In this document: in pieces, positions 28,678 through 38,541 of the stretch
Layout: every line of letters begins with the position of its first letter
Position numbering within the stretch: the stretch's first letter is position 1
From: Verrucomicrobiota bacterium
Lineage (GTDB): Bacteria; Verrucomicrobiota; Lentisphaeria; JABSQK01; JAJFLO01
Reading direction: 5' to 3'
DNA: 64,000 nt
NCBI GenBank assembly: GCA_021772675.1
Contig: JAJFLO010000068.1
Span: forward strand, 5,429-69,428
The notes under the pieces: model-generated
Told to the model about the DNA's origin: nothing
Databases searched by the model: none
Seen by the model: the letters and a program-made list of their open reading frames with translations, nothing else
Made by a program: the position numbers and the translations under genes

Positions 28678-30151
28678 CGTTCTTTTCCATTTCATTTGCA
28701 AATTCAAACCAATGAGCTGCCTGCAAAAGCCTAATTTCATCCATCGAATTCCCAATAAGCTGAATTCCAATTGGCATACCATCCCCATCAAACGATGCTG
28801 GAACTGAAATTGCGCAATTCCCCACCAGGTTGACCGGGATAGTATAAATATCCGAAAGATACATTTGTAACGGATCACTAACTGAACCAAATGGATACGC
28901 TGAAACTGGTGAAACCGGGCTCAATATCAAATCGCAATTGTTAAATGCATTATTAAAATCATCTCGAATTAAAGTCCTGATTTTTTGGGCGCGAAGGTAA
29001 TACGCATCATAATAACCACTGCTTAATACATAAGTACCCAAAAGAATTCTTCTTTTGACTTCTTCCCCGAATCCATTTTCCCTTGTATCTAGATAAATAT
29101 CAAGTAAATCAGATGTCCGATCTATCCGATTCCCATAGCGAATACCGTCAAACCTTGAAAGATTGGAACTCGCCTCCGCAGTTGCGATGATATAATACGA
29201 AGATACGGCATAAGCAATACTGGGTAATTTGACGTCAACAATGTCACATCCGCGAGATCTAAATACCGAAATAGATTTCTCAAATGCATCGTTTACTTCT
29301 GAAGATAAACCATCAATTTCGAGGAACTCTTTTGGGATGCCAATTCTTAATGAACTTACATCAAAATCATTACCGACCTCGTGATGATTGAAATCACTAT
29401 TAGGCAATGATGTAGAATCTAATTCATCGCGCCCGGAGATTAATTCCAACAAAATTGCTGCATCTTTAACATCTCTGGTGATCGGTCCGATTTGATCAAG
29501 TGACGATGCAAATGCAACCAGTCCGTATCGTGAAACCCTGCCATAAGTTGGCTTTAACCCCACAACGCCACAAAAGCTTGCGGGTTGCCGAATAGAGCCT
29601 CCGGTATCCGAGCCTAATGCTGCCAGCGCCTGTCCTGAAGAGACGACTGCAGCAGAACCACCGCTGGAACCACCAGGCACGCGATTGATATCCCAAGGGT
29701 TGGACGTTTTCTTATAGGCACTGAATTCGGTCGTGGATCCCATGGCAAATTCATCCATATTCGTTCGACCAAAACAGATAACGCCGTTTTTTTGCAGGTT
29801 ATTAATGACTGTTGCATTGTATGGAGATATGAAACCTTCAAGTATTTTTGATGCGCATCCACATGTCTGCCCTTTAACTGATAAATTATCCTTAATGGCA
29901 ATGGGTATGCCATCATACCGGCTTAGCTGTTTACCGTTTTTCCGCCTCGCATCTGACGCATTGGCATCCTCTAAAATTTGACTGGTATCCAAACTCAAAA
30001 AACCATTAATTTTACCATCAATGTCATCATGCCGGCCGATTAAATTTTGACAGAGTTCCAATGAACTTATTTGTCCAGTCTCCAATGCGTCCGATGCCTC
30101 ATGGATCGTCCCAGAATCAATTTTATTTACAAATTTCTGCGCGGCACTCAT
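28667..30151 (-). CDS. gatA: Asp/Glu-tRNA amidotransferase subunit A
   Basis: IAIKDN, PGGSSGGSAA, LGSDTGGSIRQPA, EVKRRILLGTYVLSSGYYDAYY. Confidence 0.98.
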   Translation of the reverse strand: MSAAQKFVNKIDSGTIHEASDALETGQISSLELCQNLIGRHDDIDGKINGFLSLDTSQILEDANASDARRKNGKQLSRYDGIPIAIKDNLSVKGQTCGCASKILEGFISPYNATVINNLQKNGVICFGRTNMDEFAMGSTTEFSAYKKTSNPWDINRVPGGSSGGSAAVVSSGQALAALGSDTGGSIRQPASFCGVVGLKPTYGRVSRYGLVAFASSLDQIGPITRDVKDAAILLELISGRDELDSTSLPNSDFNHHEVGNDFDVSSLRIGIPKEFLEIDGLSSEVNDAFEKSISVFRSRGCDIVDVKLPSIAYAVSSYYIIATAEASSNLSRFDGIRYGNRIDRTSDLLDIYLDTRENGFGEEVKRRILLGTYVLSSGYYDAYYLRAQKIRTLIRDDFNNAFNNCDLILSPVSPVSAYPFGSVSDPLQMYLSDIYTIPVNLVGNCAISVPASFDGDGMPIGIQLIGNSMDEIRLLQAAHWFEFANEMEKNDEV

Positions 30152-30152
30152 T

Positions 30153-30470
30153 TCAGGCTGGGCCCTCCGAACCATGGCGAATAACCACTGGAACTTTTAT
30201 CAGCTCATCATCAAGCACATCCGGTGCATTATCCAGTAATTCACTTCGAGTCATAGAACCCCTCTCTTCATCACTTCGAATTACATTTGTTATTGATGCA
30301 GCATGTGCGGTAGGACTAACATCAGATAAATCGACCTTTGACAACTGTTCAGCATAACTCAATATTGCATTAATATCCGTTTCATATCGGCTAATTTCCC
30401 CGTCATTCAGATTCAACCGAGCCAAATTGGCAATATGCCTGATATCAACATCTTGTGATTTTTCATTCAT
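30153..30470 (-). CDS. gatC: Asp/Glu-tRNA amidotransferase subunit C
   Basis: IRHIANLARL, PTAH, NVIRSDE, NAP...IKVP; position upstream of gatA. Confidence 0.95.
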   Translation of the reverse strand: MNEKSQDVDIRHIANLARLNLNDGEISRYETDINAILSYAEQLSKVDLSDVSPTAHAASITNVIRSDEERGSMTRSELLDNAPDVLDDELIKVPVVIRHGSEGPA

Positions 30471-30590
30471 TAACATAGACCTTTTATTTTAATAACCGCC
30501 TCGTTACAGTCATCAGGAAAATAAAGTTAGACATTAAATTGAACTGCTATAATACCGATTGCCAATCTGTTTTCAAGGTCAAAAAACGGG

Positions 30591-30989
30591 TTAGCCTGAT
30601 TAATTCATGCGGTTTCGCTACGAGAGTGCTTAGCCTGATTAATTCATGCGGTTTCGCTACGAGAGTGCTTAGCCTGATTAATTCATACGATTTCTACTGT
30701 GAGAATTTTTTTAACTTCATCTGAATGATTTATAAAGAATCTGAAACCTTGAAATAGTTCACTATTCCTCCAGCCTCAGATTATTGATAAATCATTCACC
30801 TAAGGCAAACTAAATCCTCTCGTGACAAAATCGAATGAATTAATCAGGCAAGCATTCTTTAGATCAATGAGTTATGTAGGTTCCGAAGGTGAAGGAATAG
30901 TGAACTATTTCAAGTCTTTGGGTTCTTCACAACTCGCTTATATGAAGTGAGATATGCGCACGCAGTAGACGCCGAATGAATTAATCAGG
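30591..30989. mobile_element. Nested CCTGATTAATTCAT-ended MITEs with 39-bp tandem duplication
   Basis: Outer 30595-30989; inner inverted copy 30673-30848; both contain GGAATAGTGAACTATTTCAAG. Confidence 0.85.
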
Positions 30990-31779
30990 TTTGCCTGCAT
31001 TATGGATAAAGTTTTGTGATGAGAAAAGCCACATAGCCCAGATATTTCTCAGCGCGGCGGAGCTGCAACCAAAAGAACAAAGATTTTTGCCCATCCACCG
31101 TTGTTTATTTTTATGATAACTATGGTGAGACAGGCTGAATCACGTGAATCTTCATATCGCAGCCGTTGGTCGCAACCAAAATTTAACTTAACCATTCATG
31201 CTGTGCAGCAGAACAGGCTATTTTTCACGGTTCGACACGGATACAAAACGTAGTAGATCGCGCTGCTCATACTGAGAGAAGTCCGCCGCGGCGGATTCTC
31301 TCTCAGACTCTTTTCCTAAAACTTTTCAACTCTAACCATGTGAAAGTCCGGAACTTCATTTTAAAAACTTGTCAAAAAAACAAAGTTTTTACTGATAGTA
31401 GTACGAATAGGACAAAGACAAGAACCATATCCACGGTTTCGCCGAGCGTAACCGTGGATACAAATTCGTGAAGATTCGAGTGATCGGTGGGCAGCTTTTT
31501 AAAATTAGTAATTTGCCGTAACACTGTATAGTTAGGACGCAAAACTTGCTAAAAAAACAAGTTTTTAGATTTAACTGACACAACCAACTAATTTCAAATA
31601 GGTTACATATAAATATTTACTTTTTCATGATAATATCCAGGTTAGAAAAGGTATCAATTGAATTCATTGTTGAAAACACATCTCCGGTGAAATAGGTTTT
31701 ATCGATCTGTGAATCAATCTTTTGAACGATAAACGTCTCAACAAAACCTGTAATTCACTATAATCTAGAAAACAAAAAA

Positions 31780-32610
31780 ATGATGATAGACAGAATAGCA
31801 TTTCAAATTGGAAACATCACCATATACTGGTATGGGATATGTGTCGCTATATCAGTTCTCGTTGGTTTTTTTATAATCCAATACAGAGCGATAAAATTTA
31901 AGATCGATTCAGATCAAGTATCTGATTTATGTTTTTACGCAATTCTTGGGGGAATATTAGGTGCCCGGTTTTTATATGTTGTTTTAAATTTTCAGGACTA
32001 TTCGGATAATCTCATAGAGATAATCAGAATTGATCACGGAGGTCTGGTATTTTATGGCGGGTTTATCGGAGCCTGTGCTGCGGTCACGTGGTATATCAAA
32101 CGAAAAAAATTAGATTTTTGGACCATTGCCGATTTATTTGCTTTGGCACTGCCGCCCGGGCAAGCAATAGGTCGTATGGGATGCCTTATTAATGGGTGTT
32201 GCTTTGGCTCTTCCACAAAAAACTGGTTTTCAATAAAATACCCCAGCGATTCAATCATATTCTCTACCCAGGTTCACAAACACGAAATTTCACCTTATGC
32301 AACCGAATGTTTACCGGTTATTCCTACTCAAATCACCCAAAGTCTGATTAATATTCTGATTTGGTTTATCCTTATTTTTTCGGCAAAAAAACTGAAACAT
32401 AAAGGTCAATTATTTTCGCTGTACTTAATTTTGTACGCAATTGGACGCTTTACTAATGAATTTTATAGAGGCGATTATCTGACATACTATGCTGGAATGA
32501 CAATTTCCCAAATCGTATGTTTAGTTTTACTTCCCACAGGAATCTTTTTTTATATAAAAAACCGTGTACAAGGAGCCCCAAAAAATCAACGCACAGGACA
32601 AACCAGCTGA
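31780..32610 (+). CDS. lgt: Prolipoprotein diacylglyceryl transferase
   Basis: IYWYG, GARFLYV, GGLVFYGG, GQAIGRMGC..NGCCFG, RF..EFYRGD. Confidence 0.95.
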   Translation: MMIDRIAFQIGNITIYWYGICVAISVLVGFFIIQYRAIKFKIDSDQVSDLCFYAILGGILGARFLYVVLNFQDYSDNLIEIIRIDHGGLVFYGGFIGACAAVTWYIKRKKLDFWTIADLFALALPPGQAIGRMGCLINGCCFGSSTKNWFSIKYPSDSIIFSTQVHKHEISPYATECLPVIPTQITQSLINILIWFILIFSAKKLKHKGQLFSLYLILYAIGRFTNEFYRGDYLTYYAGMTISQIVCLVLLPTGIFFYIKNRVQGAPKNQRTGQTS

Positions 32611-33559
32611 ATTAATCACTCGTAGTGCTAGAATTAAGATTAATAAAGACGAGTCCGGAGTAAGATTGGACCAATTTTTGTCCAAAAAATTTTCTGCCTT
32701 TTCGAGAAGTGCGTTGCAGAAGATGATTGAAGACGGTTCTATTTTGCTTAACAAAAAAATGACGCAAAAAAAAACCAGACTTGTGTGTGGTGACGAAATT
32801 ACAATTGATTGGCCTGATGAAGAACCTGACTTACTGCCCAATGCAACGATTAAATTTGCGATCATATACGAAGATAATGATATACTTGTCATTGATAAAC
32901 CTGCGAATCTTGTTGTTCACCCTGGGGCAGGGACCGAAGATGGCACATTAGTTAATGCGCTTCTCCATCATGATTTTACATCATTTAATGCCATGCAAGG
33001 AAACGAATTGAGACCTGGTATCGTTCACCGCTTAGATAAAAACACAACCGGCGTCATGGTTGTTGCTAAGAATGAACTTGCAAAAACAAGATTAATCGAA
33101 GAATTTAAATTAGGGAACACAGCCAAAGAATACCTGGCGCTAGTTAACGGTATTTCCGACTATAACTCTGGCACGATAGAAACACTTATTGGTCGCAGCC
33201 CGAGAAACCGTAAAAAGATGGGGGTTGTCAATGAGAATGGTAAACAGGCAATTACATCCTATCAGGTTGTCGCTCAAAAAGATAAACATTCGCTTCTTAA
33301 AATAAAAATTAAGACCGGAAGAACCCATCAAATCCGAGTTCATCTGGCCCACATCAATTTACCTGTCGCCGGCGATACATTGTATAATAAAAAGAAAAAA
33401 AACGACATTTATTTCCCCAGGCAAATGCTGCATGCCTTAACGTTAAAATTCCATCATCCAACAAGCGGAGAATTGAAAACCTTCCATGCTGAACAACCAA
33501 ATGATATGATTGAGGCTGCACATGATATCGGATTAAACATTGGAAATTATGACAGTTGA
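32564..33559 (+). CDS. rluD: RluA/RluD family 23S rRNA pseudouridine synthase
   Basis: S4 domain RLDQFL, DKPANLVVHPG, GIVHRLDKNTTG, TGRTHQIRVH, RQMLHA; exact start uncertain. Confidence 0.9.
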   Translation: MYKEPQKINAQDKPAELITRSARIKINKDESGVRLDQFLSKKFSAFSRSALQKMIEDGSILLNKKMTQKKTRLVCGDEITIDWPDEEPDLLPNATIKFAIIYEDNDILVIDKPANLVVHPGAGTEDGTLVNALLHHDFTSFNAMQGNELRPGIVHRLDKNTTGVMVVAKNELAKTRLIEEFKLGNTAKEYLALVNGISDYNSGTIETLIGRSPRNRKKMGVVNENGKQAITSYQVVAQKDKHSLLKIKIKTGRTHQIRVHLAHINLPVAGDTLYNKKKKNDIYFPRQMLHALTLKFHHPTSGELKTFHAEQPNDMIEAAHDIGLNIGNYDS

Positions 33560-33687
33560 TTTAGAATTGGCAAAAAAAATCAACCCCTGAAGAAATAAAC
33601 CCCTTTTGAATCAGATGTGGGATCTTTCGCAGCACCTGTAGATAAGATATGATATTAATTCAAAAACAACTGGGATCATAGTTTCTT

Positions 33688-33857
33688 AGGAACTGGAAAT
33701 AAATACATCGTCGACAGAGCTCTCAGATTTGGTCGTAACCATTGAATAACTCCACGGCTGTAGCTTGCCTACTGCGAGGATGTTGCGATTGACTTGGGAT
33801 CAAATATGGAGTGAACCTGAGATGCCAATGTCGATGAGATATTTATTTCCAGTTCCT
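33688..33857. mobile_element. 170-bp MITE with 29-bp TIRs
   Basis: AGGAACTGGAAATAAATACATCGTCGACA / TGTCGATGAGATATTTATTTCCAGTTCCT. Confidence 0.8.
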
Positions 33858-33865
33858 CGTTGACG

Positions 33866-34297
33866 TCAAGACTTTTTCCGGGGTGCACAATAAATCTTTT
33901 TCTTTTGTTCTGGACTGGCGGCGGGTCTACCATACTTTCGTAACCCCTTATAATAAGTTTTAGCCATCCGTTTAGAAACCCCGTCAGCAATACATATATC
34001 CCTAAATTCTTCATCTGCTTCTTTTCTATAAGTTCTTGTGTCAAGCTCTTTGTTCCTCATTAGTTGATAAAGCGCATCATGAACCACGGAAGCACGCATA
34101 TTTTTCCTAGTATCTGGCACCGGGCCAGAAGGACCGTCCCATGCATATCCTTTTTTGATCGTCAATTTCCCTTTTTTGTCCAGTTTTATAAATTCTGTAT
34201 TGATCTTGCGTTCTTGTTTTATTCGTATGTCTACTTCATAGCTTTCTGATAATTGATATTTGTATCCCTTTCTATAATGAATAAACCCTTTAGCCAT
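33866..34297 (-). CDS. DUF1353-like protein
   Basis: GYAWDGPSGP, ASVVHDALYQL, RKEADEEF...C..DG motifs. Confidence 0.75.
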   Translation of the reverse strand: MAKGFIHYRKGYKYQLSESYEVDIRIKQERKINTEFIKLDKKGKLTIKKGYAWDGPSGPVPDTRKNMRASVVHDALYQLMRNKELDTRTYRKEADEEFRDICIADGVSKRMAKTYYKGLRKYGRPAASPEQKKKIYCAPRKKS

Positions 34298-34370
34298 TTT
34301 TCACTTCCTTTCAAGTAAACTTTCTTGATATATTTGGGTGTTGAAATATGATGCCCATATTATCGAACAA

Positions 34371-37300
34371 CTAATTCGTATACAACATCAATAATTGTTC
34401 AACAAATACAAGAGATCCGACCCCTCCGAATGGAAAAAGAAGAGCAACCACAACTGGGTTTTGGGTCATAGGCGCAAATGCACCTTTTTTAAGCGTTTTG
34501 ATATCATTTATGAAATAGTTTAATCGTTCAATTTCTTTATGATAGGCAGGCGAAGAATGGTCACATTCACCTACATCAGCATCCATAACAAAAAGAAGTT
34601 TGGCTTTCAGCCAATCAATTACATAACCACGTGCATTTAATGCACTACGTTGTAAATTGATAACACAAAATGCAGTCATAAGAAAAGCAGCACAAATTGT
34701 CACAATCAAAGAAATCGGCCAGTTCCAATTATCAAAATACGATATTCTAGAAATAATCGACAGAAATAAAATGAAAAATGGAAATAGGATTAGGCTACCA
34801 ACTAGCTCCGTTCTACTGGCAATTATCCGAATACTTAACCACGCATCAAGTGCATCAGGACTGTTAAATTTTCTTAAAGGATGAAAATGATTTATTTTCG
34901 GTGTTGGAATCAAATATTTAGTTCGCGTTTCTTCTGGCCATTTATACACCTGCCGGGTAAGTTCAGTAATAAACTTCCTACAATCCAGCGCAACGTTAAC
35001 AACAAAAAATATCAGTAGGACCATGCAAAAATGAAATGATAGGGTAATGATAAAATCAATGGTATCAGAATAACTTCCGCGAAAAGGAATCATTGGGGGA
35101 GTATACATTCGATCCAGTGGATTTATTATGACGACGTAAAAAATCGCGATAGTTAATAAAAGAGAAAAAATGCCTTTCAAGCTACATCCCTTCCGAGTGT
35201 ATTCATACCATAAAAGTCTTACGTGTGTGTCATTCTTTAAATTATTAATGCCCAACTTTTGACCAATCCAGTTTTTTATTAGCTTAATCTGAAAAAATCC
35301 AGCCAAATTATATATTAGAAACGAGAATGAAATTAATAAAGTCCACAGTCGGCTGTTTTTTTTCGTTTTCTTGTCCTTAACTATTTCTTTTATTTGTCGT
35401 TTAAAAACTTGATCAGTAAGGCTGAATTCACTTGTTAATTTCTTATTGGAAATTATGATTTTCAAAACTGAAAGAATAAAAAAATACAATGCAAAGAAAA
35501 TGCCAATTAGGCGAATAACTTCCGTGGGCCAAATACTAACGCCTTCAAAGAATAACCACGGCTCACCCTCTCCGTTCATATACGCTTGATTAACTATGGC
35601 AGGTAACCTTATAAAAACGGTCAAGCTTAGCATAAAGAGCATAAGAAACCAGATTGTAAAATTAGCTCTAGGCAAATTGTCCAGTTGATTTGCTTCCCTA
35701 ATTCCAAGAAACGTGGCAAGAACGAAAAGAAATAACAAGGTGAGGGAAGTAGGAGAATACCAAATCTTTCTTTGGAAAGTTTCCAACGAAAGTTCTCCAA
35801 TACCTTCTAGCTGATCTTTCCTTCTGGGATGAAGGGAATGACTTGAAGCGTCCCCAGGCGTCAGGTTAATGATGTCACGTTTTCCTATTTCAAAAATTCT
35901 GGGTTGATGCTTGTGAACCACTTTTTCCTTGATTTCGCCAAGGGCAACTAAAATTGCGGTAAAAATAGACGTTTGGTAACTATACCGAAATGGTGCGATA
36001 TCTTTTTGATACAGGTTATTTAGTTTAAGACCGTAACTTGAAGCGACAATCATATTTTGTGTAAAGCTAATTTCACTAGGATCTGCAAGGCGCGCATCGA
36101 TATCCGTTGTAAAAAAAAGAACATCCGGAAAATGTTCACGTAATGCACGAGAAATAAGTAATTTATCGTAGACATCAGATCCCAATATCCCTATAACCCT
36201 CACTTTACTATTCGATTCTTGCCTAATTCTATCGTTATGTTCCCTTATTTCGCTAACAATGCGCTGTAAGTAGTCAATCTGATGGCGACCAGCGGCATGA
36301 GTTTGCTTCTGCTGCTGGTTGATATCCCTGGGTTCGTTAGGATAATTTGATAGCTGTTCTTTCAATAAAATTTCACGTTTTTTTTCTGGAAGTTTTCCAT
36401 CCAAACCGCGCAAATAACTAAACGTTTTTACACGTTCGTCCGGGGAAATTTCATTGCGGGTAAGTAGTTCCCGAAACTCTTGGGATTCGAGATATGGATA
36501 TAAATTGAATTCTCTCCCATAAAATTGAATCGCTGATTTTTTATTCTCAAGCCCCTCATAATGTTCTGTGACTACCTTTTTAAAACTCAGTGGTAACAAA
36601 CGGCCATAAAACGTATCCCATTCGCTAACCAATACGATATGACCTAATTCATTCTTATACTTTAGGAATCCTCGCCTGGATAATTCTTCCGTTATAGTTT
36701 TTGAAAGTGCGGTGTCTGAATGAATCAAAAAATGAAACCGGATCTTAAATTCTGGCGGTATTGAATTTTGCCAACTGCTATCCCACCCATTTTCGGCGAT
36801 TTCCCCGTCATATTTAGGGTTGCTGCCTAATAACTTCCAATCAGCAGTCGCAAAGGGAGAATATATGTGAAGGGTGCTATTGTTATCGTTAGTATATTCA
36901 TTATATCTTTTTGATACACTTTTTTTTCTTTCATTTGCCTCGTCAACACACTTTTCCGCTTCTTTTAACTCGTCGTGAGAGTTCTCCACAATTTGTTTTT
37001 CATAATCTATTTTTCCCCTGATTTCTATTAACTTATTACACTGCTTCTTGACTTTCTCAAGGTCTCTGCTTAACTCTCTTTTTGCGCGTATATATATTCT
37101 TTCTATGTCATCTATCACTGCTTCTCTTGATTTTTGACCGCCTAAAATGAATTCCAGATCTTTTAATGCCAGTTCTCCCAATTCTCCATTTGGTGTAACT
37201 GTTGCCTTTAATTCGAGGTATTTTTCCATATAGTCAAGAATCAATCCATGTTTATCGGAAAATTCATTGACAAAAAGGCTATCCAGAAAGATGATATCAT

Positions 37301-38489
37301 CATTATTTTTTGCCAGTTCTTCTTTGTAGTAGCTGCATTCTACTTCAACTTCTCCATTTTTCCGCTTTGCAGCAGCATTTACTTTAGTTAATGCCATGTA
37401 AGATTTTATCCGATTTGACTCACTGTCTTCATGATAACAAATCTTATCTAATTTCTTGAATATTTCTATTTCCTTTTCTTTCAGGTCATCTGCCATCTCA
37501 AGACTGAAATCCAGCGAATATCTAATAGCCTTGGCAAACCATTCAACTCTTGATTTTATTTCTTTTACCCCTTCAAATAAATTAGCTCGCGCATTTTCTA
37601 AATCATTACCAATTGATTCTAGTCCCACCAGACGCTCGGAAGTCTTTTTCCTCTCTTCTTCATACCTGATATTTGCTACTTGTAATCTGTCTTTCAGTAT
37701 ATTGAACTTTGATAATGCCTCGTCATAGGAAATTTTCGCCATTTTGGAACCGTTGTCATATTCCTCTAAAAGATCAACTGCTGCATTCCGCTGCTCTACG
37801 ACTTCTAGGACTTCTTTTGCCATTTGGGAGAATGAAGTAGATTCTGGAGGGCCAATGATTTTAATGTCGATATCAGGCCTATTATCTAAATCCTTACGGA
37901 TAGAGTTATTGAATTTTCGAAGTTTAATTAGTGATTTCTCGTTAAACAGATCAGCTGGTGGCCAGACAACCAAAATTGACTCAGGTTTCTGTATGCTATT
38001 TCCACCCCCCGTAGAATTGCTCTTTTTATTCACTGACGAAATATCGAGTTTAAACCATTCGAATGGAATTCTGCGGCCATTTCCGTAACAAAAATAGCTA
38101 AGGTGGCTAGCGTTATCTGGTCGATATCCAGTGGCATTTAACGCTGAAAGCACCGCATAACGTCTTCGTATCCGGCGCTCTACATCCTCCGAATATGGGA
38201 GGTTATTGATTAATACTGAAAAAACTAAAACAGAACCGGATCGTTCCCGCCATAGGTCGAGATTTTCATCCTCCAAAGTATCAAAATCAATAATAGCTTG
38301 GTACGGATCCTGCCAAAGTCTGGTAGGTACTTTTTTTTCTTCTTTACCACCATATTCTGTTTTATCGGCCACCGCAGGTCTTCGTGACGTCAATGGAGTA
38401 TGCAGAAGAGCACCTCCAATTACGGCAGCAATTAATAAAACAAGAGTAGGTGCTGGTGAAGAAGAATTGGAGGATTGAATGCCCAACAT
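34371..38489 (-). CDS. Large uncharacterised multipass membrane protein with extracytoplasmic domain and coiled-coil insert
   Basis: N-terminal TM/signal, soluble alpha/beta region, about 9 C-terminal TM helices. Confidence 0.8.
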   Translation of the reverse strand: MLGIQSSNSSSPAPTLVLLIAAVIGGALLHTPLTSRRPAVADKTEYGGKEEKKVPTRLWQDPYQAIIDFDTLEDENLDLWRERSGSVLVFSVLINNLPYSEDVERRIRRRYAVLSALNATGYRPDNASHLSYFCYGNGRRIPFEWFKLDISSVNKKSNSTGGGNSIQKPESILVVWPPADLFNEKSLIKLRKFNNSIRKDLDNRPDIDIKIIGPPESTSFSQMAKEVLEVVEQRNAAVDLLEEYDNGSKMAKISYDEALSKFNILKDRLQVANIRYEEERKKTSERLVGLESIGNDLENARANLFEGVKEIKSRVEWFAKAIRYSLDFSLEMADDLKEKEIEIFKKLDKICYHEDSESNRIKSYMALTKVNAAAKRKNGEVEVECSYYKEELAKNNDDIIFLDSLFVNEFSDKHGLILDYMEKYLELKATVTPNGELGELALKDLEFILGGQKSREAVIDDIERIYIRAKRELSRDLEKVKKQCNKLIEIRGKIDYEKQIVENSHDELKEAEKCVDEANERKKSVSKRYNEYTNDNNSTLHIYSPFATADWKLLGSNPKYDGEIAENGWDSSWQNSIPPEFKIRFHFLIHSDTALSKTITEELSRRGFLKYKNELGHIVLVSEWDTFYGRLLPLSFKKVVTEHYEGLENKKSAIQFYGREFNLYPYLESQEFRELLTRNEISPDERVKTFSYLRGLDGKLPEKKREILLKEQLSNYPNEPRDINQQQKQTHAAGRHQIDYLQRIVSEIREHNDRIRQESNSKVRVIGILGSDVYDKLLISRALREHFPDVLFFTTDIDARLADPSEISFTQNMIVASSYGLKLNNLYQKDIAPFRYSYQTSIFTAILVALGEIKEKVVHKHQPRIFEIGKRDIINLTPGDASSHSLHPRRKDQLEGIGELSLETFQRKIWYSPTSLTLLFLFVLATFLGIREANQLDNLPRANFTIWFLMLFMLSLTVFIRLPAIVNQAYMNGEGEPWLFFEGVSIWPTEVIRLIGIFFALYFFILSVLKIIISNKKLTSEFSLTDQVFKRQIKEIVKDKKTKKNSRLWTLLISFSFLIYNLAGFFQIKLIKNWIGQKLGINNLKNDTHVRLLWYEYTRKGCSLKGIFSLLLTIAIFYVVIINPLDRMYTPPMIPFRGSYSDTIDFIITLSFHFCMVLLIFFVVNVALDCRKFITELTRQVYKWPEETRTKYLIPTPKINHFHPLRKFNSPDALDAWLSIRIIASRTELVGSLILFPFFILFLSIISRISYFDNWNWPISLIVTICAAFLMTAFCVINLQRSALNARGYVIDWLKAKLLFVMDADVGECDHSSPAYHKEIERLNYFINDIKTLKKGAFAPMTQNPVVVALLFPFGGVGSLVFVEQLLMLYTN

Positions 38490-38541
38490 AACGTTATAAT
38501 GATACGAATGTAAAAATCATTAAGGAGGATAATGGAATTCT

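Noticed and set aside
30591-30690. CRISPR array
   Set aside because: The 39-bp units are identical tandem copies with no unique spacers and are the left end of a MITE; no cas genes
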